From positions 1-64,000 of the IMG/VR virus record IMGVR_UViG_3300028833_000087: DNA of 64,000 bases; one strand, 5' to 3'. This DNA comes from a virus. Lineage: Duplodnaviria > Caudoviricetes. Both the position numbers and the translations under genes were made by a program. The notes beneath the pieces are model-generated. The model saw only the letters and a list, made by a program, of their open reading frames with translations, had not been told where the DNA came from and ran no database searches. This document shows positions 9,092 to 19,783 of the stretch, piece after piece (positions within the stretch are counted from its first letter, which is position 1; the number at the start of each line of letters is the position of its first letter).

Positions 9092-11467
9092 ATGGCAGAA
9101 AAGATAGTAGATAAAGATTCAATAGCAATGTATGAATCAGATTATTCTAAGTATGCTATGGTTGTAGATCGTCGAAGAATGATTGCAGATACAAGAGACG
9201 GCTTACTTCCAGTACAAAGAAGAGTACTGTATACATTATTTGATTTAGGATTAATAGATAAGATCAATGATAAATCTGCACAAATTACAGGTATTACTAT
9301 GGGCAAGTATCATCCTCATAGTCTTGATGCTGTTTATGGTGCAGCTGTAAATATGGCAGTATGGTTTAAGTCTAAATATCCTTTATGTAGACCTGATGGA
9401 AACTTTGGATCAGTAATGGGTGAGCCTCCAGGAGCTCAAAGATATACACATTTTTCATTATCTAAATTTGGATATGATGTAATGATCGATGATATATCTA
9501 AATCTAGAAATGTAGTAGATTGGATTGAGACTTATAAAAGAAAGAAAGATATGGAGCCTGATTATTTACCAGCAAAATTACCTATGATTTTGGTTAACGG
9601 TGCATTTGGTATTGGTGTAGGTTTTGTAATCAAAGTTCCCAGTCATAATATTATAGAAGTAATAAATGTAATAAAAGGATTATTACAAGATCCAAATTAT
9701 CAATTTACTCTTATTCCTGATTTATGTCAGGAATGTGAATTAATAGCTTCTAAGAAAGATTGGGAAGATATTAATAAATATGGTGCTGGTTGTTTTAAAG
9801 TAAGAGGCAAAATAGTTACAGAGCAAGATAATAAAGGTAATTATACTTTAAGAATTACAAGTCTTCCTGATGATGTTACCACAACAAGTGTATATGATAA
9901 AATTTTATCTTTAATTGAAGATAAACAGCTTCCTATGATTAAAGATATATTTAATTCTTTGGAAGATAAGAAACCTAATATAATTATTGAATTAAAAGCA
10001 GGAGCAAATCCTGAGTATGTAAAGCAAGTAATATATTCAAAGACAGATACACAAAAAACATTTAATGTAAATTTTGAAGCTGTAACAATGAACGGTTTGG
10101 ATATTAAGAGATTCTCTTATCGTGAATATTTACTTAATTTTATTGATATGAGAATGACTACAAAGTTCAGATTATATTGTAATATGCTTCAGCAATATAT
10201 GACAAGACATCATAGAATAGATGCATATATCAAGGTAATGCAATCTGGAGAGATTGATAATATTATCAATATGATCAAGAAGTCTACAAAGAATGAAGAG
10301 CAGCCTATTATTGAATATATTATCAAGCATTGCCATGTAACTGATATTCAAGCTAAGTTTATTATAGATATGAATTTGTCTAGATTAAATAAAGCTTATC
10401 TTAATAATCTTATTGCCGAAAGAAAAGAACTTGATGCTAAGATTAAAGAATATGAAGCTAAAGTTACTGATGATGGTACTCTTATAAAGCAGGATATTGC
10501 TAAAGAATTAGATGAAATAGCAGCTAAATATGGAGATAAGAGATTATGTAAGACTGTTAAATTAGATAATTCTGCAGATATTCCTGAAGGTATGTTTAAG
10601 ATTGTTATTACTGAAAAGAATTTTGTAAGAAAATTGATCGCTACAGATAAAGTAAATATTATCAAGAAAGATAATCCTAAATTTATTATTACTATAGATA
10701 ATAGAGAAGAATTGTTATTATTTGATAATAAAGGCAAAGTATATAATATACCTGTCCATAAGATTCCTGTAACAGACAAATCGTATCAAGGTACAGATAT
10801 TAGATTCTTGATTAGAAATTTAACAGCAGATATTGCTCAGGTAATTCCTGTAAATAAAATTAAAGCTATCACTGAATCTGGTGTTAAATGTTATATGGTA
10901 ATTCTTACTAAGAGCAATCTTATCAAGAAGATGGATCTTGAAGATTTCTTATCAGTAAATCAGTCTGGTTTATTGTATACCAAGATTCGTGATTCTTTAG
11001 ATGAAGTAGTATCAGTAAAATTAGTTCCGGCTGGACTTGATGTAGTTGTATCTGCAGGAAAGAAAGTATTAAGATTCTCTTCTAAAGATATTCCTCTTAT
11101 CAAGAGATCTACATTTGGAGTTAAAGCTATAGATACAACTGAAAATGTAAATAGTATGGTAGAAATGTTTAATGAATCTACAGATATAGTTGTAGTAACT
11201 AAATCAGGAAAATTCAATAAATTTAAATCTGCTATGCTTACTCCACATTCAAGAGGAAGTAAAGGTGCTGGTGTTATTAAGCTTGATGATAATGATGAAA
11301 TCTTTAGTATTCTTGGTTGTAGAGAACAAGACACTGTAAGAATATCTACTTTGGAAAATATCGTAGATATTAAGGTTTCAGATATCAAAGAGAAATCTCC
11401 TATAGCAGCTGGTACCAGAATGATCCCTGCAAATCAGTTGATTGTAAGAGCCGAAGTTCTGTATTAA
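9092..11467 (+). CDS. gyrA: type IIA topoisomerase A subunit
   Basis: RDGLLPVQRR, GKYHPH, DGNFGS, AQRYT (catalytic Tyr), beta-pinwheel CTD repeats. Confidence 0.92.
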   Translation: MAEKIVDKDSIAMYESDYSKYAMVVDRRRMIADTRDGLLPVQRRVLYTLFDLGLIDKINDKSAQITGITMGKYHPHSLDAVYGAAVNMAVWFKSKYPLCRPDGNFGSVMGEPPGAQRYTHFSLSKFGYDVMIDDISKSRNVVDWIETYKRKKDMEPDYLPAKLPMILVNGAFGIGVGFVIKVPSHNIIEVINVIKGLLQDPNYQFTLIPDLCQECELIASKKDWEDINKYGAGCFKVRGKIVTEQDNKGNYTLRITSLPDDVTTTSVYDKILSLIEDKQLPMIKDIFNSLEDKKPNIIIELKAGANPEYVKQVIYSKTDTQKTFNVNFEAVTMNGLDIKRFSYREYLLNFIDMRMTTKFRLYCNMLQQYMTRHHRIDAYIKVMQSGEIDNIINMIKKSTKNEEQPIIEYIIKHCHVTDIQAKFIIDMNLSRLNKAYLNNLIAERKELDAKIKEYEAKVTDDGTLIKQDIAKELDEIAAKYGDKRLCKTVKLDNSADIPEGMFKIVITEKNFVRKLIATDKVNIIKKDNPKFIITIDNREELLLFDNKGKVYNIPVHKIPVTDKSYQGTDIRFLIRNLTADIAQVIPVNKIKAITESGVKCYMVILTKSNLIKKMDLEDFLSVNQSGLLYTKIRDSLDEVVSVKLVPAGLDVVVSAGKKVLRFSSKDIPLIKRSTFGVKAIDTTENVNSMVEMFNESTDIVVVTKSGKFNKFKSAMLTPHSRGSKGAGVIKLDDNDEIFSILGCREQDTVRISTLENIVDIKVSDIKEKSPIAAGTRMIPANQLIVRAEVLY

Positions 11468-11474
11468 TCTCTGT

Positions 11475-11533
11475 AAATATGCTGAACTATAATTATATAT
11501 TATAGATATGATACTTATAGTTTCAGCATATTT
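11475..11533 (+). promoter_or_regulatory. class-1 promoter (11491-11510) enclosed by an ~18-bp inverted repeat
   Basis: AAATATGCTGAACTATAA ... TTATAGTTTCAGCATATTT. Confidence 0.65.
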
Positions 11534-11544
11534 GAAAAGGAGGG

Positions 11545-11910
11545 ATGGGAATGTATGCTGAATTGATAAATCGGACCTGGGCTCGATTCAAAACAAACCA
11601 GGAAAAATTTCAGGCAGTAACTAGTTTTCTGCCTGTTATTGTTTTTATCCTGATGATTTGGATCACCCCAATTCATTGGGATAATATACAATGGGTAGAT
11701 TTAGTACTTCTGCTCATTGTAATAATACCAACGGTAGCTACTGTTGGTATTGCTTTGAGAGCTGATAAGATTTATTTATCTATATCTGCTCGTAAGCTGA
11801 GCTATGATCTCGTTAAGTATCAAAAATGGGACCAGAGCAGCAAAAAATACAAAGAGCAAGCTAAGAAAGAACGAGCAATATTGGCTCGCGCTCTAAAGAA
11901 AAAGAAATAA
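11545..11910 (+). CDS. two-TM membrane protein with basic C-tail
   Basis: two hydrophobic stretches; AAGGAGG RBS. Confidence 0.75.
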   Translation: MGMYAELINRTWARFKTNQEKFQAVTSFLPVIVFILMIWITPIHWDNIQWVDLVLLLIVIIPTVATVGIALRADKIYLSISARKLSYDLVKYQKWDQSSKKYKEQAKKERAILARALKKKK

Positions 11911-11968
11911 GAAATAAAACAAAGAGGACTCTACATCCTTTTTGTTTTTACTTCGAAAGGGGTTAATA

Positions 11969-12175
11969 ATGGTTACAGTATCTTTATGGAGTATTATTTG
12001 GAGATTGTTTATATTTTTATTTGTATATGTAATAATGATAGTTGCAGTAAAAGATGAAATTCCTACAAATCCTTTTGTTCAGATTATAGTTTATTCTGCT
12101 ATTTCTTTTTTATGGATTTATATTACATTAGTATATTTTGTAAATAAATTCGGAAGTTTAGTACTAGTTATGTAG
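11969..12175 (+). CDS. small two-TM membrane protein
   Basis: hydrophobic 68-aa ORF; AAGGGG RBS before ATG 11969. Confidence 0.65.
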   Translation: MVTVSLWSIIWRLFIFLFVYVIMIVAVKDEIPTNPFVQIIVYSAISFLWIYITLVYFVNKFGSLVLVM

Positions 12176-12227
12176 CTTTTTACATTTTTTAAAACCTATA
12201 TATAATTTCTATTAAGGAGGATTAGAT

Positions 12228-13478
12228 ATGGCTAGTACTTTGATTGATCTTGTTGATAAAAAATTAGCTGGTTCTAAAGTTAATGGCGCTAATAACCAAG
12301 CTACATTTGATGTAATGTATCCAACTGGTTTTCTTCACATTGATTATGCTAATGGCACTACAATCTTTGTAGAAGGAAATGGTAAAAGTTTTTCTTATAA
12401 TGCTACAGGTATTGTAGATGGTTCTACAAATACTATTATTGGTAGATCAGGTTCTGGTAAATCTACATTGATGTTTCAGATTGCAGGTCATTTAGCAAAG
12501 CAACATCCTAAAGCTGTTATTTATTGTGATGATATTGAAGGATCACTTCCTGAAGCAAGAAAGTTATTCTTAGTAGGAATGACTGAAGAAGAATGGAAAG
12601 ATAGAGTAAGATATAGAAACGAAGGAATTACTACAGAGAATGTTTATGAAAGAATAAGATCGATTTATGATACAAAGACTCAAAATAGAAAAGATTTTAT
12701 GTATGACACTGGTATGTTTGATATTGTAGGTAATAAGATTAGAAAATTTATTCCTACTATTTATTTGATCGATTCTATTGCAATGCTTTTACCTGAATCT
12801 ATTGAAGATGATGATAGTCTTGGAACAAATATGTCTGGTGGTCAAATTGCTAAGCAGAATTCTATGCTTATGAAGAAGATTTCTCAGCTTTGCAAATCTG
12901 TAAATATTATTATGATCTCTATTAATCATATTACCAAGAATATTCAAACAGGTTATATTCCTAAGCAGTCTCAGGTTGCTGGGTTAGATACAGATGAAAG
13001 ATTACCTGGTGGCGGAACAGCTATTTATCTTGCTAATAATATCTTCAGAGTAGATGATGGTGCTAAGTTAACAGCTGATAAAGATTATGGTATTGATGGT
13101 TCTATCGTTAAGTTTACTATTATTAAATCTAGAACTAATGCTAGTAGAAGAACTATTCCTTTAATCTTTAATAAGACTGAAGGATATTTTGATCCGTTAC
13201 TTTCTTACTTCCATATGCTTAATTCTGAAGGATTAGTAAGTGGTGCAGGTCAAAGAATGTACTTTGAAGGAGCTGAAGATATTACCTTTAGTAAGAGAAA
13301 CTTCAAGCAAGTATTTGCTGATAATCCGAAACTCCAAGAAGTATTTGCAGATGTATTATTTAATCATTTATCTAAGTTCTTATCTGTTACTAAATCTGTA
13401 TCTAAACAGAATAATGCAGCTTTGGATAATCTTAATAATATATTTGCTCAGCGTAGCAACAGTAACTTTGCTGCGTAA
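12228..13478 (+). CDS. recA: RecA/UvsX-like recombinase
   Basis: GRSGSGKST, DIE, LIDSIA, INH, PGG motifs. Confidence 0.85.
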   Translation: MASTLIDLVDKKLAGSKVNGANNQATFDVMYPTGFLHIDYANGTTIFVEGNGKSFSYNATGIVDGSTNTIIGRSGSGKSTLMFQIAGHLAKQHPKAVIYCDDIEGSLPEARKLFLVGMTEEEWKDRVRYRNEGITTENVYERIRSIYDTKTQNRKDFMYDTGMFDIVGNKIRKFIPTIYLIDSIAMLLPESIEDDDSLGTNMSGGQIAKQNSMLMKKISQLCKSVNIIMISINHITKNIQTGYIPKQSQVAGLDTDERLPGGGTAIYLANNIFRVDDGAKLTADKDYGIDGSIVKFTIIKSRTNASRRTIPLIFNKTEGYFDPLLSYFHMLNSEGLVSGAGQRMYFEGAEDITFSKRNFKQVFADNPKLQEVFADVLFNHLSKFLSVTKSVSKQNNAALDNLNNIFAQRSNSNFAA

Positions 13479-13488
13479 TATTAATTAG

Positions 13489-13549
13489 AATTATATATTA
13501 TATTAACGATAAAGATCTAGTGGATTAAAATTTCCACTAGATCTTTATC
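13489..13549 (+). promoter_or_regulatory. class-1 promoter followed by a perfect 17-bp hairpin
   Basis: AATTATATATTATATTAACG; stem 13508-13524/13533-13549. Confidence 0.6.
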
Positions 13550-13606
13550 TCATATTCTTATCAATATTAACAAACTTATTTTTATCTTTTAAGAGAGGGA
13601 AAGAAA

Positions 13607-13825
13607 ATGGCTAATGGCGACAGATTCGAAATGGAAGGGGAAGTTGTAGATTGTATAAAAGGTGGAAAATTTATTGTCCACTTAGATAAACTGGATAGAG
13701 ATGTAGAATGTACATCCAGTGGAAGATTAAAACAGAATTTTATCAAGATTATAAGAGGTGATAAAGTAACAGTTGATATCTCACCGTATGATTTAACCAA
13801 AGGAAGAATAATATGGAGAGGATAG
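13607..13825 (+). CDS. infA: translation initiation factor IF-1
   Basis: 72 aa; EMEGEVV, SGRLKQNFIKIIRGDKVTVDISPYDLTKGRIIWR. Confidence 0.95.
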   Translation: MANGDRFEMEGEVVDCIKGGKFIVHLDKLDRDVECTSSGRLKQNFIKIIRGDKVTVDISPYDLTKGRIIWRG

Positions 13826-13834
13826 GAGACAAAT

Positions 13835-16060
13835 ATGGCAAACTTAAACTTCATTGATAAAGTTAACGAAGCAACTAAAGATATTACAAGTCTTGAACAG
13901 ATTATCGGTAAAGGTTTACTTGAACCATTTAATGGATCTAATGCCGGTGCTAGAAAATTAATGTTTTCTACTCATCATGATCATATTTTCCCACTTATTG
14001 CTGCTGAGAAAGCAGAGATTGAAACAGGATATGAGATAAGATATGGAGATTTTAGTAGCTCTATTACCAAAGCAGATAAAGATTATAAAGTGGTAGCAAA
14101 AGTATCAAAGTTTTCATTTGCTCCTAATCATCATTATTGGTTAATATTGGAAGATGTAAATAAGAAAGAATTGACTGCAATAGAAAGAATCTCATATCAT
14201 CCTACAACAGAGCAGTACGGATATTTATATAATAATTCTTATATGGATTCTCTCAATATTGGAGATATAATTCCAAAAGATACATGGGTTCAGCAATCAT
14301 TAGCATATGATGATTTTAAGAATAGAAAAGACGGAATCAATATGGTTACATGTTATATGGCTCTTGATGATAACATGGAAGACTCGATTATCTTTTCAGA
14401 TGTAGCTGCAGGTAAATTAACTTCTCCGTTAATTAAGCCTGTAAGAATAATGATCAATGATAATGATATTCCGTTAAATATCTATGGAGATGATAAGACA
14501 TATAAGATTATTCCTGATATTGGTGAAGATGTAAAGAATGCTAATCTGATTTCTCTGAGAAAAGAGAAGAAAGATGAATCTTATTATAGTCAGTCTATTG
14601 CTAGACTTGAAACAAGCATTATGTCTGATGAAACTCGTCAGGTCACAGGAAAAGTAATAGATGTCAATATTTATTGTAATAATCCTGAAATATTAGAATC
14701 TCATTATTATGCTCAGCTTAAAATGTATCAGGAAGAATTATTAAGATTTGCTGCAGAATTATTGCAAGTTATTCTTCCATATAAATCTCAAGGTTATAAA
14801 TTAGAGTATGATCTTGAGAAATTATATAATACAATGAGCATGGTTCAGTCCGGTGCTTTGTATACAGATAAGAAACCTTATTCTAATATTATTCTTGATA
14901 TTGTAGTATTAGAAGAACTCAAAATGAATGCTGGTGATAAAGCTAGTAATAGATTTGGCGGTAAAGGTGTATGCTCAAATATATGGCCTCAGAAATGGAT
15001 GCCTAGATACAAAGGTATCAAAGGAGACTATAAATATGTAGATGTAATCTTCAATTCATCTACAATGACTAATAGAGAAAATGTTGGTCAGGTATTCGAA
15101 TTAGAGCTTACACATATTTCTGAAGAGATTCTTAAGTATATTTATAATAATAAGATGACTGTAAAGGAAGCATATGAAATGATTCATAAATTCATTTTCA
15201 TGTGTACTGAATTATATGGTAATTATTTTGAATATAAATGCAGTATGCTGTCAGAAGATGAATTAGCATTCTTTATAGAATCTATTATCGAATCAGAATC
15301 TATTCAGTTATCCATGAAAGCTTTGTCTGAATCTATGGATATTGATAAGCTTGATGCTATATATAAAGCTTTCCCGTTTGTAGAACAGAATGAAGTAGAA
15401 GTTCCTATGAGAGATTCTGAAGGTAATCTCAGATATGTAAAAGCAAGAAGAAGAATGGTTATTGGTAAAGAATATATCTTCAGATTAAAACAGTTTGCTG
15501 AAGAGAAATTCTCTGCTACATCTCTGTCCGCTACAAATATTATTAATGAGAATACTAAGTCTAGAGCTAAGAAAGACTATCGTGAATTGATTCCTAATAC
15601 TCCGATCAGATTCGGTAATATGGAAACAAACAATATGCTTCATCTTGGTGTAGAAGTAGTAATTTCAAATATGATGATCCATTCTCTTTCTCCTTTGGGT
15701 AGACGATTAGTTGAACAAATGTATACAGGAGATCCATATAATATTGATATTAAACTTGATTCTAAATCTTCTAATAGAGCAGCTGAAAAAGCCAATACAT
15801 ATATGAAGACTATTGGTCAGCAGTTATTATTTAAGAAGATCAAGAAGAAGTTTGAGACAGTATTAACAGCTCCTATGACATTTACGCAATATCCTTTTGA
15901 AGTACCTATGAGAGAAATTCCTAAGGATGTTGGAGATAACTATGATGCTGTAAAAGCAACAAAAGAAAGAGAAAAGCTTGAAAAGAAGAAAGCTAAAATG
16001 GATCTTGAATGTCCTGTGAAGTTTGTAGGAAAGAAAGGATTTTTAAACAGAGATGTTTAA
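13835..16060 (+). CDS. RNA polymerase beta-like subunit, C-terminal half (probably non-virion RNAP)
   Basis: ARKLMFS, NMEDSII, GDKASNRFGGKGV, IFN....NREN, PIRFGNMET. Confidence 0.88.
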   Translation: MANLNFIDKVNEATKDITSLEQIIGKGLLEPFNGSNAGARKLMFSTHHDHIFPLIAAEKAEIETGYEIRYGDFSSSITKADKDYKVVAKVSKFSFAPNHHYWLILEDVNKKELTAIERISYHPTTEQYGYLYNNSYMDSLNIGDIIPKDTWVQQSLAYDDFKNRKDGINMVTCYMALDDNMEDSIIFSDVAAGKLTSPLIKPVRIMINDNDIPLNIYGDDKTYKIIPDIGEDVKNANLISLRKEKKDESYYSQSIARLETSIMSDETRQVTGKVIDVNIYCNNPEILESHYYAQLKMYQEELLRFAAELLQVILPYKSQGYKLEYDLEKLYNTMSMVQSGALYTDKKPYSNIILDIVVLEELKMNAGDKASNRFGGKGVCSNIWPQKWMPRYKGIKGDYKYVDVIFNSSTMTNRENVGQVFELELTHISEEILKYIYNNKMTVKEAYEMIHKFIFMCTELYGNYFEYKCSMLSEDELAFFIESIIESESIQLSMKALSESMDIDKLDAIYKAFPFVEQNEVEVPMRDSEGNLRYVKARRRMVIGKEYIFRLKQFAEEKFSATSLSATNIINENTKSRAKKDYRELIPNTPIRFGNMETNNMLHLGVEVVISNMMIHSLSPLGRRLVEQMYTGDPYNIDIKLDSKSSNRAAEKANTYMKTIGQQLLFKKIKKKFETVLTAPMTFTQYPFEVPMREIPKDVGDNYDAVKATKEREKLEKKKAKMDLECPVKFVGKKGFLNRDV

Positions 16061-16066
16061 TCACAA

Positions 16067-16090
16067 GCTCCCCATAGAAATATGGGGAGC
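16067..16090 (+). terminator. intrinsic terminator
   Basis: GCTCCCCATA-GAAA-TATGGGGAGC then T-rich. Confidence 0.75.
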
Positions 16091-16122
16091 ATTTTATTTG
16101 AAATTTACAAGAGGTATTTCAA

Positions 16123-16785
16123 ATGATATTCATGAGTAATAAAAATAAAAATGATGCTCTTTATATAGATTATGAATCTATAGTATTATGTCCTGGATCT
16201 AGAGATATTATTACAGAAGAAATGACAGAAGAACTTGAAGAAATTCCTGATTTTATAGAGGAAGTTTTACGTTATATATATGCTCCATTTATATATGAAA
16301 TAAACGCTTTTTATGATAATTATCCTAAATCTGTACCAAAATCTAATAAGTTTATTATAGACTGGTTTTTATATAATTTTCATAGTATTATGAAAAAATC
16401 TAAATATTATGAAAATATAGCAGGAGATTTTTGCGATGCATTTAATTCTAACAAATATTATCATTTATATATGTATATTGATAGTATAGAGCTAATGGTA
16501 TATGATAATAATAAAAAAGAATTTTATATTAGAGATGAAAATGATAAAGAAACTAAAATTATTACATATACTGAATATAAGAAAAGAAATAAAAATGAAA
16601 ATAAATGGATTTGTAATAATGATATTTTTGAAGAAAGACAAGAAATATTTGAAAGAAATTTAGCATTGGCTAAAAGTAAAAAATTAAATAAAGATCTTAT
16701 GTTTATAGTGATATTTAAATTTGCTTGTACTATAAGAAATTATCCTATGACTATTATAGATTCTAGAGATCTAAAAATTAATTAA
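16123..16785 (+). CDS. hypothetical protein
   Basis: 220-aa ORF, GAGG RBS. Confidence 0.7.
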   Translation: MIFMSNKNKNDALYIDYESIVLCPGSRDIITEEMTEELEEIPDFIEEVLRYIYAPFIYEINAFYDNYPKSVPKSNKFIIDWFLYNFHSIMKKSKYYENIAGDFCDAFNSNKYYHLYMYIDSIELMVYDNNKKEFYIRDENDKETKIITYTEYKKRNKNENKWICNNDIFEERQEIFERNLALAKSKKLNKDLMFIVIFKFACTIRNYPMTIIDSRDLKIN

Positions 16786-16804
16786 ATTATATAATATAAT
16801 AGTG
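16785..16804 (+). promoter_or_regulatory. class-1 (putative early) phage promoter
   Basis: AATTATATAATATAATAGTG. Confidence 0.65.
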
Positions 16805-16809
16805 GAAGG

Positions 16810-19164
16810 ATGGTGAATATAATGAATGAGCTTGAATTTCTGGACGAACTTTTGAAAGGAAATGGCAGTGTAATTATTGACAATAATATTTACATGCTAA
16901 ATAATTCTGCAATAGAATTATATGGCAAGCCTGAACTTTCAGAAAATGAAGTTCAGAGGCTTAAAGCCATAATTATGGCTTGTAATATATTGTATAATCG
17001 TACTGATATGACCATACAGGTTATAGAAGACGGTTTTTATGATATATTGCTGGAGAAGTATAAGAAATATGATCCAAACTTCCAAGTTGGATCAGCAATA
17101 GTAGATTTTAAGAATCTACAGAAGAATGAAATACACCAAGAACTGGAAGTACCAATGAGGATGATTGTGCCGGTTGAGCGCGATGAAATTCATCAGAAGA
17201 TATGCGATGACATTAATAAGTCACGCATGGATTATATCGATAAAAGAGATTTTTGTGAAATACCTATTCGATTAATCAATTCTGATATTTCAAAGCGAAC
17301 TCATGATACCGAGCACAATCATCCTGATTTGGTTGGTACTTTGGACAAGGCAAAGTTCGTTTTTTCTTATGAAGCTGAACAGGCTGGTGTATTAAACGAT
17401 CCAAATGTAGTTGTATTAGAACGAGATTTCTTTGGAGATCATGTAAAGAAAGGAATCTTGGATCCTAATAGAATTATAAATGTAATTTGTGAATTAAAGT
17501 ATGATGGTATCTCTGTAGAAGCAGATTGTAATTTCTCAGTTCAATCAGCAAGAACAAGAGGAGATACCGGTATTGGTAAGGCATCTGATTTATCACCATT
17601 ATTACAAGGCTATATATTCAAGCATGCTGATTGCATGATTGGAGAAAAGCCTGTAGGTGTTAAATTTGAAGCAATAATGACTAAAACAAATCTGGAGGTG
17701 TTTAATAGACTAAGAGGAAAAGATTATAAGAATTGTAGAACTGCTATCGTCGGATTATTTGGAGCCTCTGATGCATATCAATTTAGAGATCTGATAACTC
17801 TAATACCTCTAGCAGTAGATCGTAATGATGTTCCAGCTATAACAAATAGACTGGAAGAAGTAGAATTTTTAAATAAGGTATTTATATCACATGGAGAACC
17901 TTTAAGATATTGTATTCTTCAAGGCAAACTTCATGAGATATTATATATGATCAAGGCTTTCTGGGACGAAGCAAAACTTGCACGAGATCATCTGAATTTT
18001 ATGTATGATGGTATTGTAGTATCCTATCTCGATGAAGATATCAGACGAAGATTAGGTCGCGTAAATTTCATCAACAAATACAGTATGGCTGTCAAGTTCG
18101 ATCCACTGGAAGCCCAAAGTATATTTAGAGGATATTCATATGAGATAGGGCAAAATGGACAGATCACTCCGATGATTCATTATGATCCGGTATGCTTCTT
18201 AGGAACAATTCATACGAAATCCACAGGATCAAGTTACGAGCGCTTTAAAAATCTAGCATTAAGAAAAGGTGATTATGTCAATATCAAATACGTCAACGAT
18301 GTCATGCCATATGTAACCAAGCTAGATTGTGATCATAATCGTAACAATAATAATCCTTTAGAGGAATTTCCAACTGAATGTCCTTGTTGTAGAACCAGGT
18401 TAATCATAACTGATTCAGGGAAGACTGCCGTTTGTCCAAATATAGAATGTCCGGCAAGATCTCTACAGAGAATGGTTAATATGATGGCTAAACTTAATTT
18501 AAAAGGATTTGCTGATGCTTCATTTGAAATGCTAAATATAACACATTTAGCAGATTTGGTCAAGTTAACACGAGATCAGATGATCAATAAGATTGGAGTA
18601 GCTGATGGTAATAATCTATATAATTGTCTGCAGGTATTGAAATCTAATCCTTTGCATGATTATATTATTATGGGTTCATTAGGATTCAGCGGAATAGCTT
18701 CTAAAAAATGGAAGACAGTACTCCAAAAGATTACATTAAAAGAGTTATATGGTAATTTTAAAAGTCGCAATTTTAAAGATTTCCAAGTATTTGTATATGG
18801 TGTAATCAAGCAAGAAGCTACAGCAAATGTAATAGCTACAGAATTCGGATTCTTTGAAAGAGATATAGAAGAAATATTATCTTGGAATAATCTTATAGAT
18901 TCTTTTGGATCAGAATCTAGTAGTAAGTTGCAGATAAGATTCACTGGATGTAGAAATAAACAATTAAGTGAACTTTTACTTAATAACGGCTATGATGCCG
19001 ATGATTCGTCGAGTGTGACAAAGAAAACAAATATTCTATTGGTACCTTATGAAGGATTCAGATCTAATAAAACAGATAAAGTAAGCGATACATGTAGGAT
19101 TATTCCTATAGATAGATTCATTACGAATATGAACGAGATTTTGAATGATAATATAGTACAATAA
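16810..19164 (+). CDS. ligA: NAD-dependent DNA ligase
   Basis: ELKYDG, TRGD, DGIVV, AVKF, Cys4 Zn finger, C-terminal BRCT-like domain. Confidence 0.92.
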   Translation: MVNIMNELEFLDELLKGNGSVIIDNNIYMLNNSAIELYGKPELSENEVQRLKAIIMACNILYNRTDMTIQVIEDGFYDILLEKYKKYDPNFQVGSAIVDFKNLQKNEIHQELEVPMRMIVPVERDEIHQKICDDINKSRMDYIDKRDFCEIPIRLINSDISKRTHDTEHNHPDLVGTLDKAKFVFSYEAEQAGVLNDPNVVVLERDFFGDHVKKGILDPNRIINVICELKYDGISVEADCNFSVQSARTRGDTGIGKASDLSPLLQGYIFKHADCMIGEKPVGVKFEAIMTKTNLEVFNRLRGKDYKNCRTAIVGLFGASDAYQFRDLITLIPLAVDRNDVPAITNRLEEVEFLNKVFISHGEPLRYCILQGKLHEILYMIKAFWDEAKLARDHLNFMYDGIVVSYLDEDIRRRLGRVNFINKYSMAVKFDPLEAQSIFRGYSYEIGQNGQITPMIHYDPVCFLGTIHTKSTGSSYERFKNLALRKGDYVNIKYVNDVMPYVTKLDCDHNRNNNNPLEEFPTECPCCRTRLIITDSGKTAVCPNIECPARSLQRMVNMMAKLNLKGFADASFEMLNITHLADLVKLTRDQMINKIGVADGNNLYNCLQVLKSNPLHDYIIMGSLGFSGIASKKWKTVLQKITLKELYGNFKSRNFKDFQVFVYGVIKQEATANVIATEFGFFERDIEEILSWNNLIDSFGSESSSKLQIRFTGCRNKQLSELLLNNGYDADDSSSVTKKTNILLVPYEGFRSNKTDKVSDTCRIIPIDRFITNMNEILNDNIVQ

Positions 19165-19179
19165 AAAGGAGACACAGTT

Positions 19180-19783
19180 ATGAAAATTCTTGAATCTAGT
19201 TTAGCAGATATCATTTCCAAAGGATTGATTGAAGATAAGAAATATGATCTTCCTCCCGAGTTTATTCCTCGTCTGTATACTATTGCATTCTTTGGTGTTT
19301 CTCATCTGTTAGCTAAGAGACGTAAAGAAAATAATAATGGTAAGCCTGTTGCATTTGTCATCGATGATATGTATGGTAAGACTGTAGCTTGCGCGGTTCT
19401 TCAGTTGATCGATGGTGCTGAAGCATCTCTTCCTGATTCTTGGAATCTTGTTTGGTCTTTTGATCCGGCAGATATTCCTGAGAATGCTGATGTAGCACAT
19501 CTTACCAATGACAATTGTCATCCTATCTTTGAAGTTGTTGCTCACAAGATGTGCAATGCAGAATTCAAGACTGGATCTCATTTGGTATCTGCTTACTTAC
19601 ATCTTTGAGATGCTTCGTAGATGGCTCGATGAGAATGCAAAGGAAAACGAAGTAGTTTCTATCGAGCAGGATGGTGTATTTGAAGCTCGCGTTGCTGTAG
19701 AAAATGGCGAGAAGGTATTCGCTATTGAACCGGCAGGTGAAGTGAAGATCATCATCAAGGATGATGCTGCAATCGAGAAGTAA
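19180..19783 (+). CDS. hypothetical protein interrupted by a +1 frameshift near 19590-19608
   Basis: frame 0 ends at CTT TGA; +1 frame continues with the same codon bias and has no RBS of its own. Confidence 0.65.
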
